Program-made: the position numbers and the translations under genes
IMG/VR virus record: IMGVR_UViG_2884411467_000001
Location: 1 to 64,000 of that record
DNA length: 64,000 nucleotides
Origin: a virus
Taxonomy: Duplodnaviria; Caudoviricetes
Strand: one strand, 5' to 3'
Shown: one piece after another, positions 1 to 10,512 of the stretch
Layout of the letters: the number at the start of each line of letters is the position of its first letter
Position numbering within the stretch: the stretch's first letter is position 1
Notes under the pieces: generated by a model
Databases searched by the model: none
Told to the model about the DNA's origin: nothing
Seen by the model: only the letters and a program-made list of their open reading frames with translations

Positions 1-576
1 ATGGCACCTGGTGATGCGCTGTTTGCGGTTCGCGTTATTTCCGATGGCCCTGGCTGGATCGCTCAGACGTGGACCGCGCTGTCGCCGCTTTTGTGCGTAG
101 GCGCAGGCAGTGCGCTCACATGGTGGTTCACGGTCGGAGCCGAAGGAAAGAGGAAGCGCGAGGAGGCCTATGTGCTCGCCCGATCACTTGCTGCGGAGCT
201 TCGCGCTGGGCAAGTCGTCGTTCAAATACACAAGGCCTTCTATGAAGCTCCCGACACTGAGCCCGGGACGAGGGCGGACACGATGCGCTTCGGAATGACG
301 TACGACAAGGCGCTCCCTGTCGCACGGGCGGCAGCAGCAAAGGCAGGCCAATTCGTAACGCCGGTCGCGGAAGAGCTAGCCAAATTCCTTTTGCTCTCGC
401 AGAACGTTACCCAACTTCAAGAAATCATCGCGCGCATGCGCGAGGCCGGCGCGCTTTCAGACGAGAAGCTTGTGGCGAGAAGCAAGCTGCAGGCCATCAT
501 CGGCGCAACCATGATCGATTGCGGCAGGCACCTGGCCGATCTGCTCGACCAGCACTATCCGGAGAAGTTAGCCTGA
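1..576 (+). CDS. Hypothetical single-TM moron-like protein, probably the terminal gene of an upstream element
   Basis: 191-aa ORF with hydrophobic segment (LSPLLCVGAGSALTWWFTV) followed by a basic/helical domain; its TGA lies inside the tRNA fragment. Confidence 0.55.
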   Translation: MAPGDALFAVRVISDGPGWIAQTWTALSPLLCVGAGSALTWWFTVGAEGKRKREEAYVLARSLAAELRAGQVVVQIHKAFYEAPDTEPGTRADTMRFGMTYDKALPVARAAAAKAGQFVTPVAEELAKFLLLSQNVTQLQEIIARMREAGALSDEKLVARSKLQAIIGATMIDCGRHLADLLDQHYPEKLA

Positions 577-634
577 CTCGAAATCAGGCGTACGTGTAAG
601 CGTACCGTGGGCTCGAATCCCACCCTCTCCGCCA
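572..634 (+). tRNA. 3' half of tRNA-Ser(CGA), att-like fragment, not an intact tRNA
   Basis: Anticodon arm CCTGA-CTCGAAA-TCAGG (anticodon CGA 579-581), long variable arm GTACG-TGTAAG-CGTAC, T arm GTGGG-CTCGAAT-CCCAC, 3' CCTCTCC-GCCA; no 5' acceptor strand or D arm upstream. Confidence 0.85.
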
Positions 635-640
635 AGAATC

Positions 641-669
641 AAGGCCTTGCATCACTGCAAGGCCTTTTT
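641..669 (+). terminator. Rho-independent terminator after the tRNA fragment
   Basis: AAGGCCTTGCA-TCAC-TGCAAGGCCTT hairpin followed by a T run. Confidence 0.8.
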
Positions 670-680
670 CTTTGGCTGAA

Positions 681-878
681 AAAAATCGTACACGTAAAAA
701 TGCACGTAAAAATAAAGGTCGTTTCTCAGCGAAAATGCATTCGCGAGAAGTTGAGCAGTTGAGGGTGAGTCACCAGCAGCAAGCTTATGCCATGCGGCCT
801 AGAGGGTCATGGATTTTACGGGTTCATGTCCGATAACTGCCTGTTTAGCCTTGATGGACCAGTGCATTTTTACGGGGT
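681..878. repeat. Putative integrase arm-type binding repeats
   Basis: CACGTAAAAA twice (681-690, 693-702); inverted relatives TTTTACGGG (814-822) and GTGCATTTTTACGGGGT (862-878). Confidence 0.5.
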
Positions 879-970
879 AAATGGACCATTCCATCCGCCA
901 CTTTTGCCCTTGAACCTCTCCGACGCGCATAACCTACGCCGTACAGTCCAACGGATCAATCCAACCGATT

Positions 971-1939
971 TCACGCCGCCAACCGATGCTCGTAATACGG
1001 CCGCGCCCGGTCATCGAGGATCGCGTACAGCGCTTCCAGATTGTCCGGATCGGGGGATAGCCAGGCATCGACGTGCTCAGGCTTGATAGGGACGATGCAG
1101 CGGTCGTGGCCAGCTGCGGCTACCTCGGGCGGTGGCTCGTCGGTGATGGCGGCGAAGGAGAACAGGTCGGTGCCGTGGTCGCCGTGCGGCGACATGTTCC
1201 AGAGGCATGCCACCAACATTTCCTGCGGCGGCTGCGGGTCGAATTCGAGGACGACGTTCTCTTCCTTCTCGCCGGGCGCCGGCTCCCTGCCCTCCATCTT
1301 GTGGCGGGAGACGTTCTCATAGAACCGGTTCACGATCATGATGCCGTGGCGGTGGCCGAACAGCTTGCCCCAGGACTCCTCGAGCTTGTCTCGGCGAGCG
1401 TTGTAGGTCCCGGGGTACTTCCGCTCGATGGCCTCGTTCCAGCCCGGCAGGCGGCACTGGTAACGCATCGGCACTACGATCCGTTGGCCGTCTTTCTCGA
1501 TCATCACCGGAGCCCATATGCCCGGGTAGATGCGCGAGTCGCGGTCCTTCGGTTCCTTGCGGGATAGATCGTCCAGGTTGCGCTGCGCGCGGGCGATCTT
1601 GTCGCTGGCGATGCGCTTATCGTTGGATGCGGTCTTGGTGGGTTTGGGGCCGGCCAGAACAGCCTCGGCCTTTTCTAGGCGCGCAGACTGAGCGTCGATC
1701 TCTACCTGGTAGGCGTCGGCCTGCTCCCGGTCGCCCTCGGCCACAATCTTGGCCAGCTCGAATTCGCCCTCGCCCCGCGGCTTTCGAAACGCCTCGCGCA
1801 TCGCCTTGGGGATCTTCACCCACTGGCCGTCCTTGCGCTTCTCCCAGAACAGCTCGGTGAAGCGCTTGATGCTGATGATCGCGCCCCACTCGCGGACGAA
1901 CTTGTCGTAGTCAGCTTCGATCTGGGCGGAGTAGCACAT
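971..1939 (-). CDS. SOS response-associated peptidase (SRAP/YedK family)
   Basis: Starts MCYSA (Cys2), has YNARRDKL and AAITDEPPPEVAAAGHDRC motifs; start revised from the 2173 given in the ORF track. Confidence 0.85.
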   Translation of the reverse strand: MCYSAQIEADYDKFVREWGAIISIKRFTELFWEKRKDGQWVKIPKAMREAFRKPRGEGEFELAKIVAEGDREQADAYQVEIDAQSARLEKAEAVLAGPKPTKTASNDKRIASDKIARAQRNLDDLSRKEPKDRDSRIYPGIWAPVMIEKDGQRIVVPMRYQCRLPGWNEAIERKYPGTYNARRDKLEESWGKLFGHRHGIMIVNRFYENVSRHKMEGREPAPGEKEENVVLEFDPQPPQEMLVACLWNMSPHGDHGTDLFSFAAITDEPPPEVAAAGHDRCIVPIKPEHVDAWLSPDPDNLEALYAILDDRARPYYEHRLAA

Positions 1940-1949
1940 GACCAGCGGC

Positions 1950-2111
1950 TCAGCGTGCGGGGACAAACCCGGAGGCTGCGAGCATAACCCCGACCTTGGT
2001 GAGAGCCCAGTCATAGTCGTCGGGCCTGGCGGTGTCGAGGATCTGATCGGCCAGGCCGGCAAACTCGGGGAAGAAATCGGCGGGATTGGGGTGCTCAGGT
2101 GGCCCATCCAA
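1950..2111 (-). pseudogene. 5'-truncated homolog of the small ORF at 56490-56705
   Basis: Manual translation EHPNPADFFPEFAGLADQILDTARPDDYDWALTKVGVML aligns with EHTDPAELWPAFAGIADEVLDAAGPDLYEWVADKIDGML; in-frame TAG upstream. Confidence 0.6.
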
Positions 2112-2243
2112 CCGCGATTGTGCTGCCAGTCTTCCAAACTTGAATGCGGCCTATCTGCTGATACGCTCGGCATTCTTCAATCTCCAGGGATGACTAACTT
2201 GAAGCAGCCAGCCGACGGTCGGACGGACGGGATTGCGTTAAAA

Positions 2244-3902
2244 ATGCCCCAAATTCTGAAACCGCATTCCCTCGCCCTATTTCTGGTAGCCGCATTGTCA
2301 GCGGCATGGGCCAGATACGTCTTAGGCCCAGCACCTTTGGACGTTCACAACACGCATTGGATCTGGGGCGATCTCGCACAGGTTTATGTGGCCTGGGCTC
2401 AATATCTAAGCGATCCCCACACACACTGGCTGACCACTAATCGGATTAGCTATCCGCTGCCGATGAGCATCTCGTTGTTCGACCCGATGCCATTGTTCCT
2501 GCTGCTCTCAAAGCCGCTGGCCTGGATCCTTCCCGATGGCATCCAGATGATCGGGTATTACTTTTTGGTTTGCCTAGTGCTCCAAGGGACATTCGGCTAC
2601 CTCGCCACGGTGCAAGCGTTGCGTCTTCTGGGCGAAAAACGATCAAACCTACAGACCTACATCGGAGTCGTGGGTGGTCTATTGGTCGCAACCGTTCCCT
2701 TCACGTTCTTCCGCTTCCAATTCCACACCGCCCTTTCGTCGCAATGGGTGCTTGTCCTATCCATTTGGGTGGTCTTGGCGACCCTGCATGCGGAGCGCAA
2801 GCAATGGATGGTGCTCAACTGTGCAACGCTGTTTTTGGCAACGGGGATCAATCCCTACCTGACTCTGATGGGCGCCGCGACTTGCGCAATCGCCGTCGCC
2901 ACCCGGGTGCGAAAACTCGGTCTGCTCGAGGTCTGCCTGCGGTGCTCGACCCTGGCACTAACTGCGGCTGCCGGCCTGTACCTGTTCGGGTTCATGGGGG
3001 CCACGGGCTCTGAGAGCCTCGGCTATGGATTGTTCTCCATGAACGCGCTGGGCCCGATAAGCTCTGCAGGCTTAGGGCGGCTAAACAACCTGAAAATTGC
3101 CGACCCTACCGCCTACCAATCGCTGGAAGGATTCGACTATCTGGGGCTCGGGACCATCATCCTTTGCCTCTTTCCCTTGACCCTTTTCTTCAACGGTCGG
3201 CATCGCAAGTCGGGCTTTCCATTCTTGACCGCGGTGCTGGTGATTGCCACAGGCTACCTGCTCGCGCTTTCCTCGACACCAACCCTGGGATCCCTTCGCT
3301 TCCACATTCCGCTACCCGACTCCGTGGAGTATGTCCTGTCCCGTTTCCGGGCGAGTGGGCGCTTGTTTTGGATATCGGGCTTCTGGCTCATCTTCATGGG
3401 CATCGCAGCCTGTGTTTTGAGACTTGGAGCGCGAGGCGCGGCGGTTATCCTTACGCTGCTGCTCGTCATCCAGTTGATCGACATCCAGCCTGTCGCATTC
3501 AACACAAAGATGCTGATCGCAAGCGGAGCGACGCAGGAGCTCTCAGGCGTGCCCGCCAGAAGCTACGCCGCCATTTCCGTCTTCCCCGCCTGGGAGTGCG
3601 ATCACGATGAGACTCCGTTGGGCATCCGTAATTTTGAATCGATCGGCTTCTATGCGGTGAAGCATAAAATTCCGACCAATAACTTCTATGCCGCCCGCAA
3701 CCTACCTGAGCAGATCGCCTATCACTGTGACTATGGCGCCTTGCCCAAGCGAATCGTCCCGAACGGCGTCTACCTACTCTCCGACAAGATCTACAGAGCC
3801 ATCCAACCGAGGATGGTTTCCGACTTCGAGTGCAACAATAAGACCAATGGCGACGGGTCATGGCTTTGCGTTCCGCGAAGTCGCAGTTCGACCGCCATGT
3901 GA
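2244..3902 (+). CDS. Polytopic GT-C-type glycosyltransferase (DUF6311 / Gtr-type serotype-conversion-like)
   Basis: Many TM segments, N-terminal loop GDLAQVYVAW...YPLPMSISLFDPMPL, RFRASGRLFW motif, periplasmic C-terminal domain; antisense to the tail genes. Confidence 0.65.
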   Translation: MPQILKPHSLALFLVAALSAAWARYVLGPAPLDVHNTHWIWGDLAQVYVAWAQYLSDPHTHWLTTNRISYPLPMSISLFDPMPLFLLLSKPLAWILPDGIQMIGYYFLVCLVLQGTFGYLATVQALRLLGEKRSNLQTYIGVVGGLLVATVPFTFFRFQFHTALSSQWVLVLSIWVVLATLHAERKQWMVLNCATLFLATGINPYLTLMGAATCAIAVATRVRKLGLLEVCLRCSTLALTAAAGLYLFGFMGATGSESLGYGLFSMNALGPISSAGLGRLNNLKIADPTAYQSLEGFDYLGLGTIILCLFPLTLFFNGRHRKSGFPFLTAVLVIATGYLLALSSTPTLGSLRFHIPLPDSVEYVLSRFRASGRLFWISGFWLIFMGIAACVLRLGARGAAVILTLLLVIQLIDIQPVAFNTKMLIASGATQELSGVPARSYAAISVFPAWECDHDETPLGIRNFESIGFYAVKHKIPTNNFYAARNLPEQIAYHCDYGALPKRIVPNGVYLLSDKIYRAIQPRMVSDFECNNKTNGDGSWLCVPRSRSSTAM

Positions 3903-3919
3903 CCCGATATGGAAGGCGC

Positions 3920-4300
3920 CTAGCTCCCGCTAGGATACGCAGGCATTGAAGGCAATGACGTCGAATTCCCGCCGGAAACAATAGCCCGTAGCGCGTCTCG
4001 GTAGGCCACCCAGTCTGCCGGGACCGATATTGCCTTCTCATAGCAGCGCAAGACCGTCAGATCAGACTCAGCCAACGCTTGGCGAGCCGCTGGCACCAAC
4101 GTAACCACCGCCGGAGGAGGCGCCACCGATATTGGATTTCCATTTGAATCGGCACCCACGGTGTATCCGAGAGCCTGCTTTTGGAGCATTTGGGTATAGA
4201 CGGCAGGGTCGACTTCAACGATGTCCGAAGGCATCTCGGCGACGGCATGAATCGCATCGTCGTAAAACCCATTCGTGCTCTTGCTGAAAAAGATAGTCAT
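3920..4300 (-). CDS. Tail fibre assembly/chaperone-like protein
   Basis: IFFSKSTNGFYDDAIH start and WVAYRDALRAI C-terminus; directly downstream of the fibre gene. Confidence 0.7.
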   Translation of the reverse strand: MTIFFSKSTNGFYDDAIHAVAEMPSDIVEVDPAVYTQMLQKQALGYTVGADSNGNPISVAPPPAVVTLVPAARQALAESDLTVLRCYEKAISVPADWVAYRDALRAIVSGGNSTSLPSMPAYPSGS

Positions 4301-4309
4301 ACAAGCTCC

Positions 4310-5197
4310 TTAGTTACCAACGGCAAACCACGACAGATTCCATGCCTGGCCGACGGTGGCACTGTGCATGAACTGCGTGAAACCCGTCTTTGTCTGCGAT
4401 GACCACGATGAGCCATATGGGACAGCGCCAACGGCGTCCTGTGGAACCGCCACGATGGCCTGAATGCTATTCGGGAAGGCGATTGGGAAGGTGACTGCCG
4501 TTGACCCGTAATAGCCCGGGGAGGTGGCCGTACTGGTCGTTACCGACACGATGCCCCATTGCAGGATTTGGCCGTTAGGAAGCTTGCAGTATCCAGGTCC
4601 CATCCCTGTGCCCGAGGTGTTTGAGCCAGTGAACTGTCCAAGGTTCACAGCCTGGTTCGACTGTGAGCCGGCAGGTACCTGTAAGGCACCTCCAGTTTGC
4701 TCGGCCAGCACCCAGGAAGAGATCGTGGCATTCCAGATCACCTCGACTCGGCCATTCGCGATGATCTCGGCACCCTGCAAGGCCACGTGCGCAGCGCCGA
4801 CAATTGGCTTCGCGCCGAGCCCATTGAGGTTCAGTGTGGAGGCGCCGGTATTGGCAGTCTTCGCTTTGAACCAAAGAGACATGCCGTCGACCAGCGCGGT
4901 CGGCGCCGGTGTAAGAGCCACAGCGTAGGCATTGGCGGTACCGGTATCGGCCGCATAATTCATCTGCCCCGACTGGATCGCCAGGCCGAGCTGGTTGAAC
5001 AGGTTTTTGGTGGGCGTCAGGCCGGCGGCCTCGACGATATTGATCAGCTCCTGCTGGACAGCATTGAGCCATTCCGCGGGAACGATCGTGGCCGGCACAC
5101 CACCCGTGGGACTTCCGTCCGTGAAGAAACCAGGCGTACCCGCACCGGTACTCGCCGGCTGCGTCGCCGCAGCCGTGGAATTATCAATCTGATACAT
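4310..5197 (-). CDS. Short tail fibre protein
   Basis: Mu-type N-terminus (PATIVPAEWLNAVQQEL), ANTGASTLNLNGLG motif, gp53-like C-terminus (KLPNGQILQWG...TFPIAFPN). Confidence 0.8.
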   Translation of the reverse strand: MYQIDNSTAAATQPASTGAGTPGFFTDGSPTGGVPATIVPAEWLNAVQQELINIVEAAGLTPTKNLFNQLGLAIQSGQMNYAADTGTANAYAVALTPAPTALVDGMSLWFKAKTANTGASTLNLNGLGAKPIVGAAHVALQGAEIIANGRVEVIWNATISSWVLAEQTGGALQVPAGSQSNQAVNLGQFTGSNTSGTGMGPGYCKLPNGQILQWGIVSVTTSTATSPGYYGSTAVTFPIAFPNSIQAIVAVPQDAVGAVPYGSSWSSQTKTGFTQFMHSATVGQAWNLSWFAVGN

Positions 5198-5203
5198 AAC
5201 GCC

Positions 5204-5800
5204 TCAGGAGTAGTGGAATTGAAGGACCGTGTGCGCGGGTGCAGCGGCCTGCAGTTCGCACTGCAAAACGGCGTTGCCCCACGAGCCGAGTGCTTCACCG
5301 GCCGTGGCTTGGCCAGCTAGGAATTTCGTGATGGTGTTCAGGGGCGCATTGATCGCCCAGGTGAAGAACCAGTCCGTGCCACCGAGCTGCTGTCCCGCTC
5401 TGCTTTGGCCACACCGGAATGGCGCATACTGGGTGATTGTCACCTGGTAACCAAGCGCCGCGGCAAAGCCGATGAAATACGGTACCGACTGACCACCCGT
5501 GGCGGTCAGCCGCGCGACGATTTGCAGTCGCTGCTGTATGAGTGTCGGAGCCGGACCAGCACACGGATCCGGAAGACCGAGCGTCTCCTGCCATTCCGGA
5601 ATCAGGTCCAGCGCAGTCGAGGGGAATGCGTCTGCCAGCAGGTTAATCGCAGCTTGCGTGTTGCGCGCATACGATGGGGCAAAGCAGGCGATCGTCTGGT
5701 CTTGTACGGACCCTGGTTCCCGACTCCAAGCGCGACCCCGGGGCATAAGCGCCCACATCGCGCCCTGGAAGTCGGATGGTGAGTAAACGGTCGCGGTCAT
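5204..5800 (-). CDS. Baseplate protein, DUF2313/YmfQ (Mu gp48-like)
   Basis: [24 protein letters not shown] and LQCEL..AAPAHT motifs; position after J. Confidence 0.8.
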   Translation of the reverse strand: MTATVYSPSDFQGAMWALMPRGRAWSREPGSVQDQTIACFAPSYARNTQAAINLLADAFPSTALDLIPEWQETLGLPDPCAGPAPTLIQQRLQIVARLTATGGQSVPYFIGFAAALGYQVTITQYAPFRCGQSRAGQQLGGTDWFFTWAINAPLNTITKFLAGQATAGEALGSWGNAVLQCELQAAAPAHTVLQFHYS

Positions 5801-6966
5801 GGGTTGTAGGTAACCGTTCCGCGCACCGGAAGCTGCCCGGTGGCATTGGGAATATTGCCGCTGGGCGAATTGACCACGAAGCCAGGCGTACCAGCGATCG
5901 CCGCGATCGCCGACTCAATCGACGACAGCTCGACTGACGTGCCCGCCTTGGGGCTTCCCTGCTCAAGAAAGACGCTGTCGATTGCCGCATTGATCGCCGT
6001 CTGAACGGAGCTGGAGGGCGTTCCGATGCCACTGAAGACGAAATTGATCGTATTGGGCGTGGGTGCACACACGTACACGAGCGCCGTGGCCGGCTGTTCG
6101 TTGATGAGACCGTTGGCGACATTGAGCTGATCACCGGTCGCCACCGTTCCCCTGGGGACACCGCCAGGGCCAGGGTCATATTGGGACACACCATTCGTGC
6201 CCACGGGGAAGCCGTTGTTTCCGACCTCAGCACTATCCAGCATCGCATAGACCACGACGGTCCCGGTACCGAAGCCGTTCGGCGCGCACCAGGCGCGAGT
6301 GACACCAGGGACCGCGAGAGACCACTGGACGTAGTCCGTCGCGGCGCCACCTTGAGGTGTCTGCTGATACGCCAGCAGCATGCGGGTGCGTAGCGAATCG
6401 TCCAGCTCGACATCCGCGCCGCCGGTGAATGCTGTGGCGGCCGTGCCACTGGATTGAACACCGGCGATAGGCGCTTGAAGGGAGACAATGGTGCTCGCTG
6501 CCGCGTTGCCTGCCGCGCCCTGCCCGGTCGGATTATTCACCGGGTCGATCGGAGGAAGCACTGCAATTGCAGGGATAGTTACCTGGCCACCCGAGCCGAC
6601 TGTTCCCGCGGCGGTCGTCTCGTAGACGTAACCGTCGCCGCGCGCCAGCAGCGTGCCGGACGGAATGGACGTGCCCGGCTGGCCAAGGAACGTAACTGTG
6701 CCGGAGGCCGCCGTCGCTGGTTCCCGGAAGATGTTCCGAAGAGCCGCCCACGCCTCCAGCCATTCATCAGTTGCCGTGTATGGCGTCGCCTGCTTGGCGA
6801 TGTAGTCCAGGTACCCATAATGCTCATGGGACATGCCCGCCTGCACGGTTCCCAAGATATTGAGGTTTGCGAATCGGAGCAGACCGTCGGCGCCCTTGAT
6901 CCCCGAAGAGATGTCGGCCGCAACCTGGCTGCGAAGCACCGAAAGCGTAGGACGCTGATACGGCAT
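5797..6966 (-). CDS. Baseplate J-like wedge protein (Mu gp47-like)
   Basis: MPYQRPTLS start; [14 protein letters not shown] and [15 protein letters not shown] motifs. Confidence 0.85.
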   Translation of the reverse strand: MPYQRPTLSVLRSQVAADISSGIKGADGLLRFANLNILGTVQAGMSHEHYGYLDYIAKQATPYTATDEWLEAWAALRNIFREPATAASGTVTFLGQPGTSIPSGTLLARGDGYVYETTAAGTVGSGGQVTIPAIAVLPPIDPVNNPTGQGAAGNAAASTIVSLQAPIAGVQSSGTAATAFTGGADVELDDSLRTRMLLAYQQTPQGGAATDYVQWSLAVPGVTRAWCAPNGFGTGTVVVYAMLDSAEVGNNGFPVGTNGVSQYDPGPGGVPRGTVATGDQLNVANGLINEQPATALVYVCAPTPNTINFVFSGIGTPSSSVQTAINAAIDSVFLEQGSPKAGTSVELSSIESAIAAIAGTPGFVVNSPSGNIPNATGQLPVRGTVTYNP

Positions 6967-7038
6967 CGAGGGGTCCCTGAAAAGCAAAGAGCCGCCAAAA
7001 GGCGGCTCATGTCACTCGAGGTGTGCGTGGTGATCAGA

Positions 7039-7485
7039 TCAGTCGATCTGAGCCCATGCCCAATTGAAGGCAACCGACAGCTGCGTGCCATCGGGCCTCT
7101 GAAGAACAAGTTGGGTGGCGAGCATGTTTGGCTGAACGATGCTCGCCGTCACCGTGATCGAGCTGACAACTCCGTCATCCAGCATCCACTGCAAGGCCTC
7201 AGTGATGAAGCCCTTAGCCTTGGCCGGTATCTGGGCCGTGAGCTTTTCCCGGCCAAGTAGCCACAGGCGCGAGCCGATCGGGTAGTCAGCATCCAGGTCG
7301 CCCCACCATCCCCGGCGATCATCCGATCCATCCGGAATCGGGTCCGAAGCGTTCGCGAGGCGATCCGTAAAGAGGCTGACGTAGATGGCAGTGGTGAGAT
7401 CATCGCCACTTTGGAGATCAGCGCCAGCGACAACCCAATCGCCGCGAGAGAGCGAGGTGTTCCATACGGTAGTGATATCGCTCAT
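7039..7485 (-). CDS. Baseplate wedge protein (Mu gp46-like)
   Basis: SLFTDRLA...RRGWWGD...GSRLWLL..EK motif. Confidence 0.85.
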   Translation of the reverse strand: MSDITTVWNTSLSRGDWVVAGADLQSGDDLTTAIYVSLFTDRLANASDPIPDGSDDRRGWWGDLDADYPIGSRLWLLGREKLTAQIPAKAKGFITEALQWMLDDGVVSSITVTASIVQPNMLATQLVLQRPDGTQLSVAFNWAWAQID

Positions 7486-8057
7486 TGCTGCGGACTCGGT
7501 GGGCTCGTGGCGTTAGGCGAATGTCCGTGCTCGTCATAGAGCGCACGATCGGCAGCCATGCTGCGCGTCTTGTCCGTGATGTCGCCGGTCGCGACGATAT
7601 TTCCGTTCACCTGCAGCGTCGGCGTATTGATAACGACCTCTGTCGAGGCGTTCACCGTCACCGTGCTGGCATCGTTTACGGTCACCGGCGTGCCCTTGGC
7701 CTCAACGACAATCCCGCCCTCTGAAAGGTAGATCCGCTTGCCCCACAGGTCGTAAAGCATCGACTCGCCCTCGACCAGGTTGGTCGGTCGGCTGGCCTGG
7801 TGCCCTGTCGCAATGGCTACACCGCTGGACCGGTCACCGCCGACGAACACAACAACGACGTCTGACCCTACTGGCGGCCGAGAGGCATGCCCAAACTCGC
7901 CGAGGCGAGGCGTCGTGTCGCGCGTCTCAAGTGCGCCCATGACCAATTGCAGGAGCTGGGCAGTCTTACTGTCGTTGCTGGTCGTTACGCGGCCACGACC
8001 CACCGTCAGCTGGACCCGGCGCCACAACCGCATGATGGCGTTCTGATCAGCGCTCAT
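7482..8057 (-). CDS. Baseplate spike (Mu gp45/gpV-like)
   Basis: [14 protein letters not shown]-fold motif; C-terminal HGH metal-binding motif. Confidence 0.85.
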   Translation of the reverse strand: MSADQNAIMRLWRRVQLTVGRGRVTTSNDSKTAQLLQLVMGALETRDTTPRLGEFGHASRPPVGSDVVVVFVGGDRSSGVAIATGHQASRPTNLVEGESMLYDLWGKRIYLSEGGIVVEAKGTPVTVNDASTVTVNASTEVVINTPTLQVNGNIVATGDITDKTRSMAADRALYDEHGHSPNATSPPSPQQ

Positions 8058-9121
8058 TGGAATGGGCCATTGAATTCCGCAAAGGTTGGCTGCAGCAAGA
8101 TGGGCTCTGGCTTGAATGCATCAGGCGGCATCAACACAATCGTCGCCGTCGTGCCGTTGTCTTCCGTGCGCGCGTAGGTCACCTGACCAATGGCCAACTC
8201 GGTCGCTCCGAGCTTCAACGCTGGAAGATCCACAGGCGCCAACGTGTTCGGCGCCCATAGTGTCCCCGCAGAGTCGCGCCAGCTATCGCAGACGACTGTC
8301 ACGACCTGCGAATGGCCGGCGCGCCGAGCCATTTCCCATAGTGCTCGCTGTTGCGCGATCTGGTTTCCACCGCCGCCGGCCTCAGCAATGAGGACCAGGC
8401 AGCGGTGCCGCGATACATTAGGGTCGCTTACGTTCGCAAGGAGGTTCCCGCCCTCACCGAGGTCAGTGAAGACGTCGACTGCTTGGAGGAATGCCTGGTA
8501 GTTGCTGTACCGCTGGTCGGCCGAGTATTCGACCGACGCCGAGATGACATTCTGTCCCTGGACAAACCCGCTTGCCGCCTTGACCGTCGCCAGCTGCGCC
8601 AGCAGCAGGCTGCCGTTCGGCTGGTCATAAGCGAGCAGCGCTGAATATCGGCATATCCGCTCGATCACCTCGAAAGCCGACTCGCCGAGCATCAGGTTGA
8701 ACTGAGGGATAACCGGCAACCCGCTCACTGTGCAATCGACGCCGATTCCATACACCGCCGCCAGCTTCTGGGCGATGCCGAGCGCGGTTGACCCGCTGAT
8801 CTGGCCACCCGGCCACTCGGCGGCGCAATCAACCAGGTCGCAGCATTTCGACCGGCCCATGACACGGATGCTGTGCTCCTCCGCGCTGATGCTCGGAATG
8901 AACCGATCAACATAGCCGGTTATGACCACGTCCTGGCCGATGCTGACCACCACCGGCGCACCAGGCTGCGTGATGACGGCATCGAGCTCGCCCGGATAGA
9001 GCTCCGTCATCCCGATACTGAAATCGGACGGAAGGCGCTCTATGCCGCGAGTAACCCGGATGTCCGTCCAGCCGGAAATGGCCTGACCGTTGATGGTCAG
9101 GGTGAGATCGTCTTGTTCCAT
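8054..9121 (-). CDS. Baseplate hub (Mu gp44/P-like)
   Basis: [23 protein letters not shown] and W..NTL motifs. Confidence 0.85.
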   Translation of the reverse strand: MEQDDLTLTINGQAISGWTDIRVTRGIERLPSDFSIGMTELYPGELDAVITQPGAPVVVSIGQDVVITGYVDRFIPSISAEEHSIRVMGRSKCCDLVDCAAEWPGGQISGSTALGIAQKLAAVYGIGVDCTVSGLPVIPQFNLMLGESAFEVIERICRYSALLAYDQPNGSLLLAQLATVKAASGFVQGQNVISASVEYSADQRYSNYQAFLQAVDVFTDLGEGGNLLANVSDPNVSRHRCLVLIAEAGGGGNQIAQQRALWEMARRAGHSQVVTVVCDSWRDSAGTLWAPNTLAPVDLPALKLGATELAIGQVTYARTEDNGTTATIVLMPPDAFKPEPILLQPTFAEFNGPFQ

Positions 9122-9123
9122 GC

Positions 9124-10512
9124 TCAGGTGGCCAGGGCGCGAAAACTGGTCGGCATGAAGCCTGGATGCACTGGGTTTGCCTCCGACACCAGCTCATCCG
9201 AACGGCTCGCGTCCTGGTAGAGGCGTTGCGCCAGCACCAGCGACGGTAGCGGAGACCGAAATTGGAATGCCTTCAGCGGCGCCAGCGTCGCACCATTGCG
9301 CGTAAGCGTCTGAACGACGCACTGCCGAAGGGTGCGGAGGGCGGAATAGCTTGAGTCGTCGCCTGCGTCGCCAGCAATCAGGATCTCGTCGTCGATATAC
9401 CCAGTGACGATGTCCATGAGGTTTGCGGCATCGTCGTACGAGCTTGGCGCGTATGCGGCCACTGCCTGCGCAATGGCCGCGATCGCCGCGCGCCGAACAA
9501 TGGCGCTTGTAGCTTGTTGGGCGACCAACATCGCAGCCGCAACCTGCCCGCCACCGACAATGGGCGTGGGTGAATAGGTGGCCAGCTTGCCCAGGCGATT
9601 GATCGCGTCACCAGGGTTGCCGATTGCCCCTGCAAGGGTCGCTACGGATGCTTGCGCTGTCGCCGAGAACGTCGACACCGACGCAGCATCAATGCCAGCA
9701 GCCGCCTGATTGAAGGCTGCTGATGCGCTATCAACCGCGGCGCGCTGCTCAGCGCCCCACGCGGTCAGCGATGCGATCGTCCAGGGACTCACGCCGGAGG
9801 TCGACTGTCCGTTGGCGAAGGCAGAGCTGACGTTCGCGTTCGAGTAGCGGCCAAAGTTTCCAGTCAGCAGACTGCCCAAGTTGGCCAAGCTCGTCGCGTC
9901 GCGGGAAATCTGCCCCGCGATGACGGCAAAGTCGGCAGCCACGCCAACTACCGCGCCTACGACCGACTTGCCGACGCTGATCACGCCGTTGACGATGCCA
10001 AGGCCAAGATTGATCGACGCCGTCATGTCGTTGACGAAGTCGAGTGCGGCTGACACGCCGAGCGCATTGGCCAGATCGCTCAGCAGGCTTCCCGAAGCCT
10101 GCGCGATCGACGGAAATACGCGGTCGCCCGACTCGATGAACGTGAAGTTCAACTCGAAGTAGCGTCCGGCATCCGATCGCTCGGAAACGGCCAGGCCCCC
10201 GTCGGGAATGCTCACAGTGAGCTGGCCAAGGGTTGGGTGCACCAAGATGCCCGGCCCGGCCGTCTCAGCTGCAGCGATCATCGCTTCGCGCTGCGCGATT
10301 ACGCTGCCGCCGCCGTATACCACGCTGTTCTCGACCAGGAATCCGACAAGCCGGATGCGCCGAGTCGCTCGACCAAGATCTTCGACATAGGGCTTGTCTC
10401 GCCCCGGATACTCATGGGGCACGACGCGACGGCCAAAACGGCCCTCGCCGCCGTGCACACCGAATGGCAGCCCGCGGAACGATGCCTGCTGAAGTTCATC
10501 GCTCCAACTCAT
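9124..10512 (-). CDS. DNA circularization protein (Mu gpN-like)
   Basis: [11 protein letters not shown]...[16 protein letters not shown]; C-terminal [17 protein letters not shown]...NP.HPGF. Confidence 0.85.
   Translation of the reverse strand: MSWSDELQQASFRGLPFGVHGGEGRFGRRVVPHEYPGRDKPYVEDLGRATRRIRLVGFLVENSVVYGGGSVIAQREAMIAAAETAGPGILVHPTLGQLTVSIPDGGLAVSERSDAGRYFELNFTFIESGDRVFPSIAQASGSLLSDLANALGVSAALDFVNDMTASINLGLGIVNGVISVGKSVVGAVVGVAADFAVIAGQISRDATSLANLGSLLTGNFGRYSNANVSSAFANGQSTSGVSPWTIASLTAWGAEQRAAVDSASAAFNQAAAGIDAASVSTFSATAQASVATLAGAIGNPGDAINRLGKLATYSPTPIVGGGQVAAAMLVAQQATSAIVRRAAIAAIAQAVAAYAPSSYDDAANLMDIVTGYIDDEILIAGDAGDDSSYSALRTLRQCVVQTLTRNGATLAPLKAFQFRSPLPSLVLAQRLYQDASRSDELVSEANPVHPGFMPTSFRALAT

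Noticed and set aside
545-634. Intact tRNA-Ser gene
   Set aside because: The 5' acceptor strand and D arm are missing; the upstream sequence is coding.
4310-5197. Tail fibre as a second DGR target
   Set aside because: No similarity to TR found by eye in the fibre C-terminus or in other structural genes.
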